A stretch of DNA of 63,769 nucleotides, counting the filler, from Lenisia limosa (Eukaryota > Protista > Breviatea): NCBI GenBank assembly GCA_001655205.1. It is 15 parts of 15 records of this genome, joined end to end, with 100 filler letters (N's around TTAATTAATTAA, not from the genome) between each part and the next. Parts side by side here need not be neighbours in the genome. Positions count along the whole stretch, not along the records: positions 59,089 to 62,036 come from LPNZ01005801.1; positions 62,137 to 63,769 come from LPNZ01001639.1; 13 more parts are not named here. One strand, 5' to 3'. Positions 61,819 through 63,769 of this stretch are shown piece by piece; the stretch's first letter is position 1; each line of letters opens with the position of its first letter. The position numbers were made by a program, and so were the translations under genes. The notes under the pieces were generated by a model, which saw only the letters and a program-made list of their open reading frames with translations, was not told where the DNA came from and did no database searches.

Positions 61819-62539
61819 ATGTTATTCATACGGTTGGTGTTAACTATGAGAAAACGAGTAGTACACGTAGGTATCTGGTCATATATAGAGATGATAAATA
61901 AAACATGGTTGTTCTAGTCTCGTGTGAAATGGTAATATAAGTTGCTGCTCTATGGTTGGTCTGCTTGTTTTTTTTTTGTTTGGAGTTTCAGATTATTCGG
62001 TTCGTGATTAGTACTTTACGCCAATATTCTTCATCGNNNNNNNNNNNNNNNNNNNNNNNNNNNNNNNNNNNNNNNNNNNNTTAATTAATTAANNNNNNNN
62101 NNNNNNNNNNNNNNNNNNNNNNNNNNNNNNNNNNNNAAAATTAGATAATTTATGAGAAAAAAAAGCCCAAAGCAATTCTGTTGGCTAGCAACACACGTAT
62201 AGTATATTATATAGTTAAATGATCCTTTTGGAAGGGAAGCCCTAATAGATATCATATATATAGTGGTGGGCAAACCATATAGAGCTGTCACTGTGGTGGT
62301 GAGGGGGTATCATTCCTTTTGTGTAATATTATATCCTGTGTGTATTCATTCAGTTATCATGATAAACAATGGGAAAGATTGGTTTTTGCAAACCCCTCTG
62401 TGAAGAATAGCTTCTAGGTATCTATCAGTTTTCCCTTCACAACAATCAGTAAAGTCTTATCACAGTCAGTGTACATACTGTACATATCATATTATATATC
62501 TATTAATATGTAAATGTATTACATATATTTTCTAATTGC

Positions 62540-63640
62540 CAAGGATGTTTGCTGACATTGAAGTGACCTCCAACAGTACCCTCAGAAAAAGGTGGGAATC
62601 CGTATTTGGGATTGGTCGAATTTTCCCTTGGATTAAGGTCGGAGCTTCACTGAATCTCGATGGTCAATGTCGAATTCGTGACAAATATCGAACTATTTCG
62701 AATCTATTTGGACCGAACACAAACTTACGGTGACGTCATCTTTTGAATACTGTTTACTTGAATAAATACAAAGGTTTACTAGGACATGGAGTCGGGCCAC
62801 CTTGGGCTTCTCTACGGTCCGAAAAAGACCGGTGAAAGAGCGATATTTATCGACGATTTATCCAGAAATTCAATTTTTTTGGAACCGTAGGAAGCCCTAA
62901 GGCCACCTCCTCGTCCATAATCCTCTTTAATTTTAGCCTAGTGTTCTTCACTTTTTTTTCATGTTTTAGGCTTCCCTCAGACACCTTCGTGTCATCTTTG
63001 CCTCTAAGTTCAATCAATTTCGACAAAGGTAATGAGCATTTTTACTTCGAGAAAAAAAAAGTTTCGCTGGCTTTTGTCTAGTTTTCGCGTTGATTGCTCG
63101 TGTGTTTTTTTGCTTGTTTTTTTTTGTTTGGAGTTTCAGATTCTTCGGTTCGTGATTTATTTGTTCAGAAGCCCCGCGGTTTTCCTTAGCTGCAGTTTGT
63201 AGAATTCCTTCGGTATTGGGGGGGGGGGTAACCAAAAAATTTGAATGTAAGGTTCATTTACCTTTCACTAATACAATAACCACTGGCGTTTTGCAAAACA
63301 GTTGTGGGTTGTGCATTTGTACATCTTTCTATAATAAGGGGTTCACCTTGGATACTTTCTCGATAAATCCTCGACAGTTCTTGATGGACTTTTTTTGGAT
63401 CGGAGAGAAGCCGAATCAACCGAACTACCTTGTTCATCTTAGGGCTTCACTTCGGTTTAAAAAAGAGTGGATTTCTCGATAAATCCTCGAAAACTATCGA
63501 TATTTTACTGATCTTTTCAAACCGAAATGAAGAAATAGTTCCTCATTTACTGAGTACAGATCGCAAAAGCCACCCAGAGCCGCGAGTTCCCTTTCCCTCA
63601 AAGCGAAGAAGCAATTTTGAGCCCCCTCTTTACGCGTGAG
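62540..63640 (+). CDS. probable internal exons of an unidentified gene
   Basis: AG/GT-bounded open segments at about 62540-62590, 62971-63027 and 63560-63635; frames ambiguous. Confidence 0.3.
62802..62899. mobile_element. MITE family A2, full length
   Basis: TTGGGCTTCTCTACGGTCCG...GGAACCGTAGGAAGCCCTA. Confidence 0.85.
63334..63415. mobile_element. MITE family A, degenerate
   Basis: TTCTCGATAAATCCTCGAC core; weak TIRs. Confidence 0.5.
63440..63537. mobile_element. MITE family A1, full length
   Basis: TAGGGCTTCACTTCGGTTT...CAAACCGAAATGAAG. Confidence 0.8.
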
Positions 63641-63769
63641 TATGTCTGCCACCATAAATCAACTGAAATTTCGATAGATGTATGACGTACTCTGGAGTGA
63701 TGGGGTGCGGTGCGTCAGAAGCCACTGAGCTGGGCCGTGTTTGTTTGATGTCATCAACCCTCGTGTGTT

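Larger units (their letters stand above)
9602..62136. other. 14 artificial scaffold-joining spacers (N44-TTAATTAATTAA-N44; stops in all six frames)
   Basis: TTAATTAATTAA flanked by N runs at 9646, 12716, 16845, 19225, 21941, 24742, 30078, 31881, 33282, 41883, 54946, 56782, 59033 and 62081. Confidence 0.97.

Overview
Eukaryotic (probably protist) draft sequence, not a true contiguous locus. It is 15 scaffolds joined by an artificial 100-nt spacer (N44-TTAATTAATTAA-N44), so neighbours across those spacers are unrelated. Genes are dense and split by many short GT-AG introns, which is why the six-frame ORFs are mostly short or wrong-frame. By manual splicing I recognise: an ATAD2/Yta7 AAA ATPase fragment, a bromodomain+ET (BET/GTE-type) gene, an ankyrin-repeat gene, a DUF3223/DCL-domain gene, an EGF-repeat protein ending in DnaJ-type CxxCxGxG repeats, a C-type-lectin-like gene, a long coiled-coil gene, an ARM/HEAT-like gene, an atypical FYVE finger, a STAR/SF1-type KH domain, a decayed pogo-family transposase, and a receptor nucleotide cyclase (Cache-like/TM/HAMP/class III). 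The cyclase carries a Cya2-like guanylyl-cyclase signature but has lost its catalytic Asn/Arg. Introns and intergenic DNA are saturated with several unrelated families of tiny (70-110 bp) palindromic MITE-like elements, including nested and back-to-back copies. The 13-kb scaffold carrying the cyclase is AT-rich and almost free of these elements. No rRNA, tRNA or CRISPR array was found. Exon limits were read by eye, so gene ends are approximate.
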